64,000 bases of DNA, taken from contig OZ244991.1 of NCBI GenBank assembly GCA_965223335.1, forward strand, positions 704,001 to 768,000, written 5' to 3'. The stretch comes from Thermodesulfobacteriota bacterium. GTDB lineage: Bacteria > Desulfobacterota_D > UBA1144 > Nemesobacterales > UBA2774. Positions 26,959 to 38,132 of this stretch are shown here, piece after piece (position 1 is the stretch's first letter; each line of letters opens with the position of its first letter). The notes beneath the pieces were generated by a model. It searched no databases and was not told the DNA's origin. It was given only the letters and a program-made list of their open reading frames with translations. Both the position numbers and the translations under genes were made by a program.

Positions 26959-27720
26959 ATGAAAATAGTACGATTTAAAACGGATGGTGGAGATATCAAA
27001 TATGGTGTGCTTAACGATAGCACAATAAATGAACTTAACGGCAATATTTTCGAGAAGATAGAACCTCTCGATAACACTTATGCTACGGGTGATGTAACAA
27101 TCCTCCCCCCCACCTCGCCAACCAAGATTGTCGCCATAGGGCTTAACTACAAAGACCACGCGCTTGAGATGGGGACAGAACTACCCGAAGAACCGCGCAT
27201 GTTCCTAAAACCAAGTACCACAGTTATAGGCCATAAAGACCGGATAATACTCCCAAACCATATGTCCAAACGGGTGGATTACGAAGGGGAGCTAGCTGTA
27301 ATAATAGGCAGACAGTCTAGGCATGTCGCCATTGGTGATGCAGGCGATTATATCTTAGGATACACATGCCTAAACGATGTCACTGCGCGCGATCTGCAAG
27401 CCAAAGACATCCAGTTCACAAGAGCCAAGGGGTTTGACACATTTGCCCCCGTGGGGCCTGTAATAGAGACAGAAGTAGACCCCGGTTCACTCGAGATCTC
27501 TACCTATCTAAACGGCGAGCGCAAACAGCACTCCAACACCTCAGAGCTCATATTCAACGTATATGAACTTCTGAGCTTCGTATCAGCGGTGATGACACTT
27601 TATCCGGGCGACATTATTTCGACCGGCACCCCAGCCGGGGTGTCCCCGATGAAAAGCGGAGATATCGTAGAAGTGGAGATCGAAGGGATCGGCAGGCTTA
27701 GGAACACTGTTTCGGACTAA
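26959..27720 (+). CDS. Fumarylacetoacetate hydrolase family protein
   Basis: KIVAIGLNY.DH, DYEGEL, NDVTARD, KGFDTF.P.GP, GDIISTGTPAGV. Confidence 0.9.
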   Translation: MKIVRFKTDGGDIKYGVLNDSTINELNGNIFEKIEPLDNTYATGDVTILPPTSPTKIVAIGLNYKDHALEMGTELPEEPRMFLKPSTTVIGHKDRIILPNHMSKRVDYEGELAVIIGRQSRHVAIGDAGDYILGYTCLNDVTARDLQAKDIQFTRAKGFDTFAPVGPVIETEVDPGSLEISTYLNGERKQHSNTSELIFNVYELLSFVSAVMTLYPGDIISTGTPAGVSPMKSGDIVEVEIEGIGRLRNTVSD

Positions 27721-27734
27721 GCCAGTTGTTGGTA

Positions 27735-29690
27735 TTAATTAAGCCCAAGAACTATCTTTGCTTCCTTGGCTATCTGTTCGGTAAGTGCGTGGTCAAGCGC
27801 TCTTTGTGCATGGATCCTGGAGCTTTTTTTGTCGCCGAGGGCATAATAAATTTTAGCCAGATTCAAATGTGCCTCGGCAAAATACGGTGCAACATCAAGG
27901 CTCTTTTTAGCCCACTTCTCGGCTACTAAATATTTGTCACGTGATTTTTCCTGCCCGGCTTTTATCATATAGATGCCGCTTAATAGATAATAGGTGTTTT
28001 CGTTATAGGGGTTTATCTCAACCGATTTCAGTAGGTACCTCTCGGCCGACGCCGGGTCGTTTTTTCTAAGCGCGAGCGAGGCCTTTTGGAAATAGTACTC
28101 AGCCCCTGTGGTCGGGTCGAGTTCAAACGACCTATCCAACCATTTCTCTGCGTTGGGATAGTCTCTCTCTAACATATATGTGATGCTTAGCTGTGAGGCC
28201 GCACGCGATTTCCCACGGTCCCGCGCTGCTATCCGGGGGCTTAGTGCTAGCTCAAACTGCTCTTTGGCGGCTTTATACTCACCGGCTTTCAATAACTCGG
28301 TACCGTAATTTAACTTAGGGGTAATAGTGTTGGTGGAACGCTCCGTAGCGACGCTTCTCCAAAGGGTAATGTTGTCCCTCCATATCGACTGACCATTTAC
28401 CGTTATAAACATGTAGATTAGAGAGACTACAACAACCGCAACATAGCCGATATTCTCACGTCTAAACTCGCCTGAGACACGCACTATTGCATATGATAGG
28501 AGCAAACAAAACCCGGCAGACGGTATATATAAAAACCTCTCGGCTAGGGGCGAGATTGCAATATTAATAAACGCCACCATAACCGCAGGACCCAAGGAGG
28601 CCAGGACCCAGAGTACACAAAACGATGTTATGTTCTCTTTTCTAAACGCCGATGCCAGTGCCGTCACACTAAGAGCGGCCAGCACTAAAAACCCAAGCAC
28701 CGAGTACAATACACTGGTAGGTACATATGGGATAAACGGGTTTAGATCGTAAGGCAGTAATAGTTTCTTTAAATAAAACAGATAGCTGTTTAGGAATATG
28801 CGTATAAATTCCATCACGCCATAATTGGTCTCGGCAAGCACCATGTTCTCCTGCGGGTTGTCGCTTGTGACCCCGGGAATAATGATTGTCGAATATGCAC
28901 GTGAGTAGAAATAAAAGACGATTATTAATGTGAACACGCCATAACCTAGAATACTGTTTCGGTCTAACCTGCGAGTAATTAGATCATAGCCCACAAGCAC
29001 AAAAGGCAGGTAAAAGGCTACCTCTTTGGACAATAGCGCCAGATAAAAGAGAAGGCCCGAGAGCAAAACATACAGAACTCTCTTTGGTGATAACGCATAG
29101 AGGTATAGCGAACCCATTGTGAACAATGCCGCCAACACATCCCCCCTGGCAGCCACAAATGATATCGACTCCACATGCATCGGATGCAATGCAAAGAGCA
29201 ACGAGGCCCCAAACGCTATATAGTTACCCTTAGCCACATTGAAGGTAAGCAATAGCAATAACGAGAGATAGTAGAGGAGCAGTGTGCAGCCAGCGTGTAG
29301 GAGGATGTTTGTAACCTGAAAACCGTTTCTCGTAGTTCCCCACAAACCGTTATCTATAATTAATGATGCCCTGTAAGCCGGGCGGTAGTATTTTTTAGTT
29401 TTTACCTCGTGCTGCTCTGAGAATATGAGGTTTAGCCCCAGTTTCGATTTCTCGAGCTTGGGCGCGTTCTGCTCGATCTGTGTGACCTCGTCCCATACAA
29501 ATTCGTGGTTAAGCGACGGCAGATACACAGCTGTTGATACCAAGACCAACAATATCGAGACAAGCCAACGCTTGGAGATAAGGTTTTCTACTACTCCCGT
29601 GCCATTATCAATCGTGTGACTGGGCAATACCGGGTCGGGTTTTTGTCCCTTTTGTTTTACTCTTTTTTTGCCGCGTTTATCTTTAGCCAT
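27735..29690 (-). CDS. TMTC-like GT-C membrane protein with C-terminal TPRs
   Basis: FVWDE, YYRP, N.LLH, LFALHPMHVESI, R.D.L, LLSKE, AERFLYIPS, W.DN..LW, then TPR helices. Confidence 0.8.
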   Translation of the reverse strand: MAKDKRGKKRVKQKGQKPDPVLPSHTIDNGTGVVENLISKRWLVSILLVLVSTAVYLPSLNHEFVWDEVTQIEQNAPKLEKSKLGLNLIFSEQHEVKTKKYYRPAYRASLIIDNGLWGTTRNGFQVTNILLHAGCTLLLYYLSLLLLLTFNVAKGNYIAFGASLLFALHPMHVESISFVAARGDVLAALFTMGSLYLYALSPKRVLYVLLSGLLFYLALLSKEVAFYLPFVLVGYDLITRRLDRNSILGYGVFTLIIVFYFYSRAYSTIIIPGVTSDNPQENMVLAETNYGVMEFIRIFLNSYLFYLKKLLLPYDLNPFIPYVPTSVLYSVLGFLVLAALSVTALASAFRKENITSFCVLWVLASLGPAVMVAFINIAISPLAERFLYIPSAGFCLLLSYAIVRVSGEFRRENIGYVAVVVVSLIYMFITVNGQSIWRDNITLWRSVATERSTNTITPKLNYGTELLKAGEYKAAKEQFELALSPRIAARDRGKSRAASQLSITYMLERDYPNAEKWLDRSFELDPTTGAEYYFQKASLALRKNDPASAERYLLKSVEINPYNENTYYLLSGIYMIKAGQEKSRDKYLVAEKWAKKSLDVAPYFAEAHLNLAKIYYALGDKKSSRIHAQRALDHALTEQIAKEAKIVLGLN

Positions 29691-29750
29691 TATGTTTCTT
29701 AGGCACTTTGTCCGAGTCTATAAACTCAACTTGTACAACACCCTCAACTC

Positions 29751-31517
29751 TTACTTTTTAGTCTTATCCAATAGAGTCTCGGCCTTTTTATATATTGCGG
29801 GTTTAAGCCCTCTATGCATAGACTCTGCCGCATACCTAGCAGCTTGTTCGTTATCGCCGAGCTCGAAATATACCTTGGCCAACAAGAAATACGCAATCCC
29901 GTAACTCGGGTTAAGCTCCACAGCTCTTTCCAGGTATTGTTTGGCAATGAGCAAATTATTATGAGAATTGTTGGATAACCCACGCGAATAATTCACAAGA
30001 CCCAGATGATAATGGGTTTTATGGTAGTTAGAGTCATATTCAAGTGCTGCATAAAACCAGTCTTCCGCCTGGTCGAGCTCTCCCTTGTTTATGTATACGA
30101 CCCCTATATTATTGGCCGCTATAGCCCTACCCCCATCGGTGTTTGTAACCACCGGTTTAAATGTGTCCTTAAGCGCTACCAATGCCTCGTCCACTCTACC
30201 CTCATCCAAAAGCGCCATGCCATAATTAATAAGGGGAATTGCATGGTGGGGGCTTTTGGTGGCCGTGTCTTCCCAAAGCGCTAGACGGTTAGTCCATACA
30301 GCCTGACGGTCAACGGTAATTACAAAATAGGCAAGAGATAGAAAAATACCCATAAGCATCCCGAACCTCCTCATGTTGAGGAACCTACCAACCGTTATGC
30401 ACATAGAACCAAGGAACAGGGACATACCTATAGAGGGTATGTACATATAGCGCTCAGCTATCGGTGCCGACGCAACGTCAAGAACTGAAACCAGCACAGA
30501 AGGCCCGAGTGTTATCAGAGCCCAGAGCACTGCAAATGCCACAAGGTAATACCGTCGCCAGAGCGCAAACAAAGCCAGTACCACAAATAATAGCAATAGA
30601 AATACAGAGACAACAAGGTATATCGACTGACTAGGAGGACCCGTGATAAAAGCGTTTAGATCAAACGGGAAAAACAGCTTGTAAATATAATAGCTATAGG
30701 ACTCTAAAAATGTCTTTATAATTTCCGGGCTTAGGATCCCGGCGAAAAAGCCCCCTGCCCCCTCTAGGGCATCACCACCCCCTACCCTATCCACTGTGAA
30801 CTCGGGCATATTAACAAAAGCCCTGCCGCGTACGTAGATGTAAACGAACAAGATCCCCGCATAAAGGGTGTAGGCGATCAAATTAAAGCGCTTGTAGAAC
30901 TGTGCGGTAATAATATCGTATACCAAGACTATAAGGAGAAACGAGACGGCAACCTCTTTTGAGAGGAGTGCCAGTGCAAAACTCAAAGTAGCAAGTACTA
31001 GAAAATAAGGTTTCCTTTGCAAATATAGATGAGATATAAAGGCTATGACCAGAAACACAGCACACAATAAATCAGTCCTAGCCGAGATCCACGAGACCGA
31101 TTCGACATGAAGGGGAGTAAGAGCAAATAAGAGCGCGCTCAAAAAAGCTATACGATCGGTCCTATCTGACCCAAACTCGATTCCCAAACACAGTACGAGT
31201 ACAAATACCAATAAGACGCAAATAGAGTTAAACAGCAGATTGCTCAGATGAAAACCGAACGGGGAACCGCCCCACAGACTCTTATCCAGCACATAAGACG
31301 CATATATGACCGGCCGGTAGTAAAGCGCCTCTTTTTTCTCCACCTCATCCGGAATTATGAGTTTTAAAACACCCGATGCCTCGAAATAATGGTAGCTATT
31401 TTCAATGGACTCCACATCGTCCCACACAAATTCACTCTTTAGTGACGGCAGGTACGCGACAAACGATATTATCAACAGTGCTAATGCTATAAACACCCTC
31501 TGCTTATTAACCATCAT
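29751..31517 (-). CDS. TMTC-like GT-C membrane protein with C-terminal TPRs (paralog)
   Basis: FVWDD, YYRP, GFHLSN, PLHVESVSWISARTDLL, LLSKE, AERYMYIPS, TPRs. Confidence 0.8.
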   Translation of the reverse strand: MMVNKQRVFIALALLIISFVAYLPSLKSEFVWDDVESIENSYHYFEASGVLKLIIPDEVEKKEALYYRPVIYASYVLDKSLWGGSPFGFHLSNLLFNSICVLLVFVLVLCLGIEFGSDRTDRIAFLSALLFALTPLHVESVSWISARTDLLCAVFLVIAFISHLYLQRKPYFLVLATLSFALALLSKEVAVSFLLIVLVYDIITAQFYKRFNLIAYTLYAGILFVYIYVRGRAFVNMPEFTVDRVGGGDALEGAGGFFAGILSPEIIKTFLESYSYYIYKLFFPFDLNAFITGPPSQSIYLVVSVFLLLLFVVLALFALWRRYYLVAFAVLWALITLGPSVLVSVLDVASAPIAERYMYIPSIGMSLFLGSMCITVGRFLNMRRFGMLMGIFLSLAYFVITVDRQAVWTNRLALWEDTATKSPHHAIPLINYGMALLDEGRVDEALVALKDTFKPVVTNTDGGRAIAANNIGVVYINKGELDQAEDWFYAALEYDSNYHKTHYHLGLVNYSRGLSNNSHNNLLIAKQYLERAVELNPSYGIAYFLLAKVYFELGDNEQAARYAAESMHRGLKPAIYKKAETLLDKTKK

Positions 31518-31702
31518 CTTCCATTAAAGTTGAGATCTATACGCTTACAAAATGGGATTATACACGATTATTATTTAGTTCCTCTCGTTGTTCTGGGGAA
31601 ATTATCCGAACACTAATATCTGATCGGGTTAAGTATGTACCTTCCACTAACTACTATTCATGGGTAAAATACCAGCCGACTAAATTTAGCACCCACAGGA
31701 GA

Positions 31703-32785
31703 ATGAAGTTGCCAAAGCTATTAGTATTGCCCGGGGACGGCATAGGCCGAGAAGTCACCGCAGTGAGTATTGAGGTCTTGAAAGTTATACAAGAGCTGTA
31801 TGGAACCGAATTTGAGTTTGAATTTGCCCATTTTGGCGGGAGTTCAATAGATGAGCACGGTGTTCCGATCACACCAGAGACTATAGATAAGGCTAAGTCG
31901 GTAGACGCGGTGCTCATGGGAGCGGTCGGCGGGCCCAAGTGGGAAGACCTACCGCACGAGCAAAAGCCCGAAAGCGGCTTACTCGCACTCAGAAAAGAGC
32001 TTGACGCCTTTGCCAACCTTAGACCCGCAATTGTTTACCCCGCTCTCGCCGACGCCTCTTCACTCAAAAGAGAGATAGTTGAAGATGTTGATATTATGGT
32101 TGTCCGCGAGTTAACAAGCGGCATCTACTTCGGCAAGCCCAGGGGATTTGAGGGTGAGGGTGAGAATCAAAAAGCCTATAACACACTCGTGTATGCCAGA
32201 CCCGAAATTGAGAGAATAGCGCGTGTGGCATTCGACATTGCGAGAAAAAGAAAGAAAAGACTTACCTCTATCGATAAAGCCAATGTGCTTGAAGTCATGC
32301 AGTTCTGGAGAACGGTGGTTACAGAGATAAGGGATTCGGAATACCCCGATGTAGAGCTCGAGCACCTCTATGTAGACAACGCCGCCATGCAGCTGATCCG
32401 AAGACCGAAGAGTTTCGACGTCATACTTGCCGGGAATATGTTCGGGGATATTATAAGCGACGAAGCCGCTCAGCTCACCGGTTCGTTAGGGATGCTGCCC
32501 TCGGCTAGCATCGGTGAAGGGGCCATATACGAACCCGTACACGGAAGTGCACCTGATATCGCAGGACAGGACATTGCCAACCCCATCGCATCAGTACTCA
32601 CGACTGCAATGATGCTCAAGTACACATTTAATATGGATGAGGCATCGGACCATATAGATCGAGTTGTCAGAAAGGTTTTAGGCAAAGGCCACAGGACCGC
32701 GGATATCCATGAAGAAGGTGCCAACAAGGTAGGATGCAAAGAGATGGGAACGCTTATAGCAGAGCAACTAAGATCCGACTCTTAA
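31703..32785 (+). CDS. leuB: 3-isopropylmalate dehydrogenase
   Basis: LPGDGIG.EV, GAVGGPKW, VRELTSGIYFG, DKANVL, NMFGDIISDE, YEPVHGSAPDIAG. Confidence 0.97.
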   Translation: MKLPKLLVLPGDGIGREVTAVSIEVLKVIQELYGTEFEFEFAHFGGSSIDEHGVPITPETIDKAKSVDAVLMGAVGGPKWEDLPHEQKPESGLLALRKELDAFANLRPAIVYPALADASSLKREIVEDVDIMVVRELTSGIYFGKPRGFEGEGENQKAYNTLVYARPEIERIARVAFDIARKRKKRLTSIDKANVLEVMQFWRTVVTEIRDSEYPDVELEHLYVDNAAMQLIRRPKSFDVILAGNMFGDIISDEAAQLTGSLGMLPSASIGEGAIYEPVHGSAPDIAGQDIANPIASVLTTAMMLKYTFNMDEASDHIDRVVRKVLGKGHRTADIHEEGANKVGCKEMGTLIAEQLRSDS

Positions 32786-32804
32786 TCCCGCTATAATATA
32801 CTGA

Positions 32805-35800
32805 GTGAATAAATCCCAGGACCAGATTCGAGATCACTACAGGCGACTTAGCCTCAGCCCGAGCTTCTCCGAGCTCATTTCAGAGGTCCAATCTGGGAGT
32901 AATTTAATATCGCTATCCGGTCTAAACAGGTCGTCCAAATACTTTGTGTTGTCGGCCCTGGCTGCAAATCATAATCTACCCTTGCTTTACATCGTGGGTG
33001 ACAAGAAGCATGCTCAAAAAGCCCGGGAGTCGCTCTCCTATTTCTTGGGTGAAAACACCCCCGTACTAACTCACAACCCTCCCGAGACTGAGCCCCTATA
33101 CTCCGCCTATGCCCTTGAGCAAGCAGAGAAAATAAACTGGCTCGACGCTGCTTATAACAAAAAGGTATTGGTCGCCGAGGCTGCCGCACTGCTTAGGTTC
33201 GAACTGCCCCTAAGTGTGTTTGTCAATTTACGCAAAACCATCGAGACCGGCACAACTATAGCAAGAGAAGAGCTGCTCTCCGAGCTTTATAGATCGGGCT
33301 ACTCGCGTACTGATTTTGTAGAGAAACCCTCCGACGTAAGCATACGCGGTTCTGTAATCGATATATTTTCTCCGGGCTCAGAGTATCCTTGGCGCCTTGA
33401 GCTGCTCGGAGACGAGGTCGCATCAATCCGCACATTTAATATATCCGATCAAAAGTCAGTGGTTCGAATGGACAGCATTACCGTTCTCCCCGCAACCACT
33501 ATAATCATCGATGAAAGTTCTCGTGCTCGTGCCAAGTCCTATATTTTAAAAAAATCCGAGGAATCAGAGCTACCTGCACGAATTAAAAATTCGCTCGTCG
33601 AGGAGATAGGTTCCGGAATCTCCAATACAAACATGCAGTGGTTACTGCCGGCTTTTTATAAGAAGCCCGACACACCACTGGCTTATCTCGATCCCGACAC
33701 CCTTGTGGTCATAGACGATCCCGATACGGTTGAGAGTGAACTCGACTACTTTCAAAGCGGGCTTAAAAACATTGAAAGGGTTATCAAAAAAACTCTGAAA
33801 ATCTCACCCAGTGCCCACGAGCTGTTCATTACACCTACCAAATACTTAAAAGAGCTCGGCAAGTTTAAACAGGTCCATATTTCCGAGTTGGATTTGTCCG
33901 GTGCAAAAACCAAGTCGATCACATTCGACACCGAGAAAGCAACGATCCCGCGAAATGACAAAGATACTAGCCCCATAGACTGTCTCAGCAATTACCTAGC
34001 CGACAAACTCGACACAAACACACACATAGAGTTGGTCTTTGATACCGAACTGGAAAGAAAGAAGCTAATCGAAATACTATCGGATCGTAAGATAAAGGGG
34101 ATTAAAACCACCGTTGGCCGATTGGAAAACGGGCTTGCAATGCGCGAGGCAAACACCGTAATAATCACAGAACACGAGATATTCGGTCATAAAACCAGGG
34201 TTAAAACCACCAAGCGGGCCACTGACGCTGCCTCTGCATTTATAACATCTTTTAGCGAGTTAAAACCCGGTGATCACATCGTGCACGCTGAGTTCGGCAT
34301 CGGTGTATTTAGAAATCTAGTAAAACTCAGCATAGGCGACACGGTGGGGGATTTCATTCTGTGCGAGTATGCAGGTGGGGACAAAATCTATGTGCCCATA
34401 GATAAGCTTAAAAAAGTACAACGCTACATAGGCGACGGCAAAAAACCCAAGGTCGACAAACTCGGGAACCAGAGCTGGTCAAAAAGGTTAAGAAAAGTAA
34501 GGGCTGCGGTTGAGACTGTAGCAAAAGAACTGCTCATGCTATACGCCGAACGCAAGACCATAAAGGGGTTTAAATTCTCTCGGCGCGATGAGATGTTTCG
34601 AGAGTTTGAACTTGGTTTCCCTTACGACGAAACCCCTGACCAAGAGGCAGCCATCGACGAGGTAATAACCGATATGGAGTCCCCTAAACCCATGGACAGG
34701 CTAATTTGCGGCGATGTGGGATTCGGTAAAACAGAGGTTGCGCTCAGGGCTGCATTTAAGGCGGTTTCGGACCATAAGCAGGTAGCATTCTTAGTCCCGA
34801 CCACACTCCTTGCACACCAACACTACAAAACCTCGCTTAAACGCCTTGAGGACTATCCGATCACGATCGACACCTTGTCGCGCTTTAGAACATCCAAAGA
34901 AGAAAAACAGATTAGGGAAAGGCTTGCCGAGGGCAAACTCGACATAATCATCGGGACCCATAAACTCCTTAGCGATAAAATTCGCTATAAAAACCTCGGC
35001 CTGATAATTATCGACGAGGAGCACAGGTTTGGTGTATCGCAAAAAGAGAAGCTCAGGAAACTAAAGTCCGGTGTAGACGCTATTGCGCTTAGCGCCACAC
35101 CCATTCCACGCACACTTCAGCTCTCGTTGTCTAAGATACGCGATATAAGTCTCATAAACACCCCGCCACTCGGACGACAATCCATCGAGACCAACGTATA
35201 TAGATCAAACGACGAGATCATACGCCAAGCCATTACAAGAGAGCTCGACAGGGACGGATCCGTGTTCTTTGTTCACAACCGTATTGAGGACATACACAGG
35301 GTAGCCGATAGGGTTAAAAAGCTCGTGCCAAAAGCCTCGGTGGACGTCACGCACGGACGCATGAACGAGCGGCAGCTCGAAAACAGCATCACAAAATTTA
35401 TCGACGGCGAGCTCGACATCCTGGTCACAACCGCAATAGTTGAATCGGGCCTGGACATCCCTCGTGCCAACACCATTATAATCAATGACGCCCAGAACTT
35501 CGGCCTCGCAGACCTTTACCAGCTGAGGGGAAGAGTAGGACGCTCGGACATCCATGCCTATGCCTATTTTCTTGTACCCGCTAAAAACTCGCTCACACCC
35601 GACGCACGGCGCAGACTTAAAGCCATCTCAGAGATAAAGGAGTTGGGCTCGGGGTTTAAGCTCGCACTCTCTGACCTCGAGATCAGGGGGGCCGGAAACC
35701 TGTTCGGCACAGAGCAGTCGGGCCACATAGGTGATGTGGGGTTAGAGATGTACCTGGAGCTCCTCGAGGGCGCTATTGAGAGGATAGAGGGCGGTGATGT

Positions 35801-36233
35801 GGAGCAGCCCTACTACGAGCCCGAGATCAAGATCACACTGCCCGCTTACCTGCCCGACGACTATATAGAGGAAAGCTCCGAGAGACTCCTACTTTATAAA
35901 AGGGTTTCTAATGTGGACAGTGCCTTGGAACTAAACTCGATACGAAACGAGCTTAAAGACAGGTTCGGCAAACTACCCGCGCCTGCACGTAACCTCCTTG
36001 AGCTGGTCGAGATAAAGCTTATGATGAAGGAACTGGGAATCGAAAAAGCCGAGATCGGCCCACAAAAAACGGTTATAATGTTTTTAAAAAGCTCCCCGCT
36101 TTATAAACAGCAGAGAGAGGATGGCAGGCTTATTATATATCATGAAAAAGGCAATTTGATAGTCAATACCAAAAACGCTCTCAAAAATATTTCCAAACTG
36201 AACACACTTAACAAAAACACTCAAAACATGTAA
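32805..36233 (+). CDS. mfd: Transcription-repair coupling factor
   Basis: CarD/RID domain, ETPDQ, CGDVGFGKTEVA, IIDEEHRFGV, SATPIPRTL, QLRGRVGR, DLEIRGAGN, TRCF domain. Confidence 0.97.
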   Translation: MNKSQDQIRDHYRRLSLSPSFSELISEVQSGSNLISLSGLNRSSKYFVLSALAANHNLPLLYIVGDKKHAQKARESLSYFLGENTPVLTHNPPETEPLYSAYALEQAEKINWLDAAYNKKVLVAEAAALLRFELPLSVFVNLRKTIETGTTIAREELLSELYRSGYSRTDFVEKPSDVSIRGSVIDIFSPGSEYPWRLELLGDEVASIRTFNISDQKSVVRMDSITVLPATTIIIDESSRARAKSYILKKSEESELPARIKNSLVEEIGSGISNTNMQWLLPAFYKKPDTPLAYLDPDTLVVIDDPDTVESELDYFQSGLKNIERVIKKTLKISPSAHELFITPTKYLKELGKFKQVHISELDLSGAKTKSITFDTEKATIPRNDKDTSPIDCLSNYLADKLDTNTHIELVFDTELERKKLIEILSDRKIKGIKTTVGRLENGLAMREANTVIITEHEIFGHKTRVKTTKRATDAASAFITSFSELKPGDHIVHAEFGIGVFRNLVKLSIGDTVGDFILCEYAGGDKIYVPIDKLKKVQRYIGDGKKPKVDKLGNQSWSKRLRKVRAAVETVAKELLMLYAERKTIKGFKFSRRDEMFREFELGFPYDETPDQEAAIDEVITDMESPKPMDRLICGDVGFGKTEVALRAAFKAVSDHKQVAFLVPTTLLAHQHYKTSLKRLEDYPITIDTLSRFRTSKEEKQIRERLAEGKLDIIIGTHKLLSDKIRYKNLGLIIIDEEHRFGVSQKEKLRKLKSGVDAIALSATPIPRTLQLSLSKIRDISLINTPPLGRQSIETNVYRSNDEIIRQAITRELDRDGSVFFVHNRIEDIHRVADRVKKLVPKASVDVTHGRMNERQLENSITKFIDGELDILVTTAIVESGLDIPRANTIIINDAQNFGLADLYQLRGRVGRSDIHAYAYFLVPAKNSLTPDARRRLKAISEIKELGSGFKLALSDLEIRGAGNLFGTEQSGHIGDVGLEMYLELLEGAIERIEGGDVEQPYYEPEIKITLPAYLPDDYIEESSERLLLYKRVSNVDSALELNSIRNELKDRFGKLPAPARNLLELVEIKLMMKELGIEKAEIGPQKTVIMFLKSSPLYKQQREDGRLIIYHEKGNLIVNTKNALKNISKLNTLNKNTQNM

Positions 36234-36243
36234 CGGTAAACTA

Positions 36244-37128
36244 ATGATAAAGATACTGATTATCCCTATACTTTTACTTGCAATTGGATGCGGCGACTTT
36301 AACCGGTTTTACCATGACAAAAGGGCAGTTGATAAAGCCGATTACGTAGACCCGGATGTAGTGGCCGTTATAGGGGACACACAAATTACCCAAGAGGCCC
36401 TACTCAAAACACTCCGGTCGCTCCCCCTCAACCAAAGAAATCAGTATATGTCGTCCCCGGAAAAAAAGTACGAGTTCCTAGAAACTTATATAAACCAATT
36501 GGTGCTCGCAAAGGAAGCCAGAAAGAGGGGTTATGATCAAAGGGAGTATTTTAAAGATAACGTAGAGCAGCACAAGAACAGGTTATTGGTACAGATGCTC
36601 GGACAAGAGGTGCTTAGCGATGCCGACCTAAGCGACCGAGCAGTAACGAACTATTACGAGGGCAACAAAAACGAATATGAATTCCTGGACGTAAGCGAGA
36701 TTTATGTAAAGAGACCGCAAAGAGGGGTAAGTGACGAAAGCGTGCTCGGCACAACTAAGCAGATCGCCGGCAGAATAGCCAAGGGTGAGGATTTCGAGCA
36801 GGTTGGCAGAGCTTACCAAGAGGGCTCCAAAGGCAATATAAGACTGAGCAGTTCGCGGCAAATTCGTAAAGGTGTGTACCCGCCTGATGTTGAGGCACAG
36901 CTCTTTTCATTGAGTCCCGGGGAAATTATAGGCCCTCTAGAACTTGGAAACGGTTATTATATAATAAAACTAAAATCAAGGACCGAACCCTCATCCCTTG
37001 AACAGGTCAGAAGATCGGTAGAGTCGGATATGACTCAACAGCACTTTGGTGACTACTCAAAGGGTTTATGGGACTCATGGGATGTAGAGATTTACAAAGA
37101 CAATTTAGAGGAGATAGAACTCAAATGA
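36244..37128 (+). CDS. PpiC-type peptidyl-prolyl isomerase lipoprotein
   Basis: Lipobox AIGC, GEDFE, GPLELGNGYYIIKL. Lies downstream of mfd. Confidence 0.75.
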   Translation: MIKILIIPILLLAIGCGDFNRFYHDKRAVDKADYVDPDVVAVIGDTQITQEALLKTLRSLPLNQRNQYMSSPEKKYEFLETYINQLVLAKEARKRGYDQREYFKDNVEQHKNRLLVQMLGQEVLSDADLSDRAVTNYYEGNKNEYEFLDVSEIYVKRPQRGVSDESVLGTTKQIAGRIAKGEDFEQVGRAYQEGSKGNIRLSSSRQIRKGVYPPDVEAQLFSLSPGEIIGPLELGNGYYIIKLKSRTEPSSLEQVRRSVESDMTQQHFGDYSKGLWDSWDVEIYKDNLEEIELK

Positions 37129-38078
37129 TAAGCAAAAAAATGATCGGAGCCGCGCTACTACTAATGTTGATCAGTTTTGCACTACACGGCCCGCGCACAG
37201 TAACTGCGGCAGAGGTTATAGAAAGGGTAGTCGCCATTGTGAACAACGACGTGATTACATCATCAGAGCTGACAGAGCTCGCACGCAGCCTAAACCCAAC
37301 ATCTACAGAGGAGATTGACGAGAAGTTGATACTACAGCAGATGATCGACCAGAAACTACTGGAACAAGAGGCAGAGAGGCTTGGGATCCGGGTATCTGAC
37401 GCTGAGGTCGATGCGAGCCTAGAAGCCGTGAAAAGACAGTACAACCTAAACGACGAACAACTAGCCGAGGTGCTAAAGAAACAAAACCTAACACCAGAAG
37501 GGTTTCGTGAACAGTGGAAAACTCAAACCCTCGGCAACAAGCTTTTGGACGCACAACTCAAGGGTGCGCTAGTAGTGACTCAAGACGAGATAAATAAATA
37601 TTATGAAGAGAACTACGGTGCTCTCCCAGAAGGCGAGCGTAGCCAAGAGGTTAAAATCGCCCATATACTTATTTCGGCCGAGACACCCGACGCCAAGGCC
37701 AAGGCCGAGGAGGTAGCTTCGCTGGCCGCATCGGGAAAAAACTTTGGAGAGCTTGTAAAACAATACTCCGACGACACACTGTCGACTGAAAACGGCGGGG
37801 ACCTCGGAACATTTAAGAAGGGAGACCTTATCAAAGAGATGGAAGACGCTGTCGCAGTCACGGCAGTGGGCAACACAGCAGGCCCTGTCCAAACCCCCGC
37901 AGGTTACCACATTATCAAGGTCATAAGCCGCAACGACACAGGGGAAGTAACAACTGCGATCGACGAGCAAACTTACCAGGAAATACGACAGATACTCTAT
38001 CGAGAAAAAGCCGAAACACTTCTAAAAGATTGGCTAGACGGTATAAAAGAACGTGCCTACATAGACATCCGGCTTTAG
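37125..38078 (+). CDS. surA: SurA-like periplasmic chaperone/PPIase
   Basis: ERVVAIVNNDVIT.SEL, IAHILI, YSDD, GGDLG.F, GYHIIKV. Start set at ATG 37125 (ATGA overlap, SD GAGGAG). Confidence 0.8.
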   Translation: MISKKMIGAALLLMLISFALHGPRTVTAAEVIERVVAIVNNDVITSSELTELARSLNPTSTEEIDEKLILQQMIDQKLLEQEAERLGIRVSDAEVDASLEAVKRQYNLNDEQLAEVLKKQNLTPEGFREQWKTQTLGNKLLDAQLKGALVVTQDEINKYYEENYGALPEGERSQEVKIAHILISAETPDAKAKAEEVASLAASGKNFGELVKQYSDDTLSTENGGDLGTFKKGDLIKEMEDAVAVTAVGNTAGPVQTPAGYHIIKVISRNDTGEVTTAIDEQTYQEIRQILYREKAETLLKDWLDGIKERAYIDIRL

Positions 38079-38132
38079 AGCGGGGCACCCTATACACTTC
38101 CGGATACCTGTAGGTATCGGATATTCTTAGGG

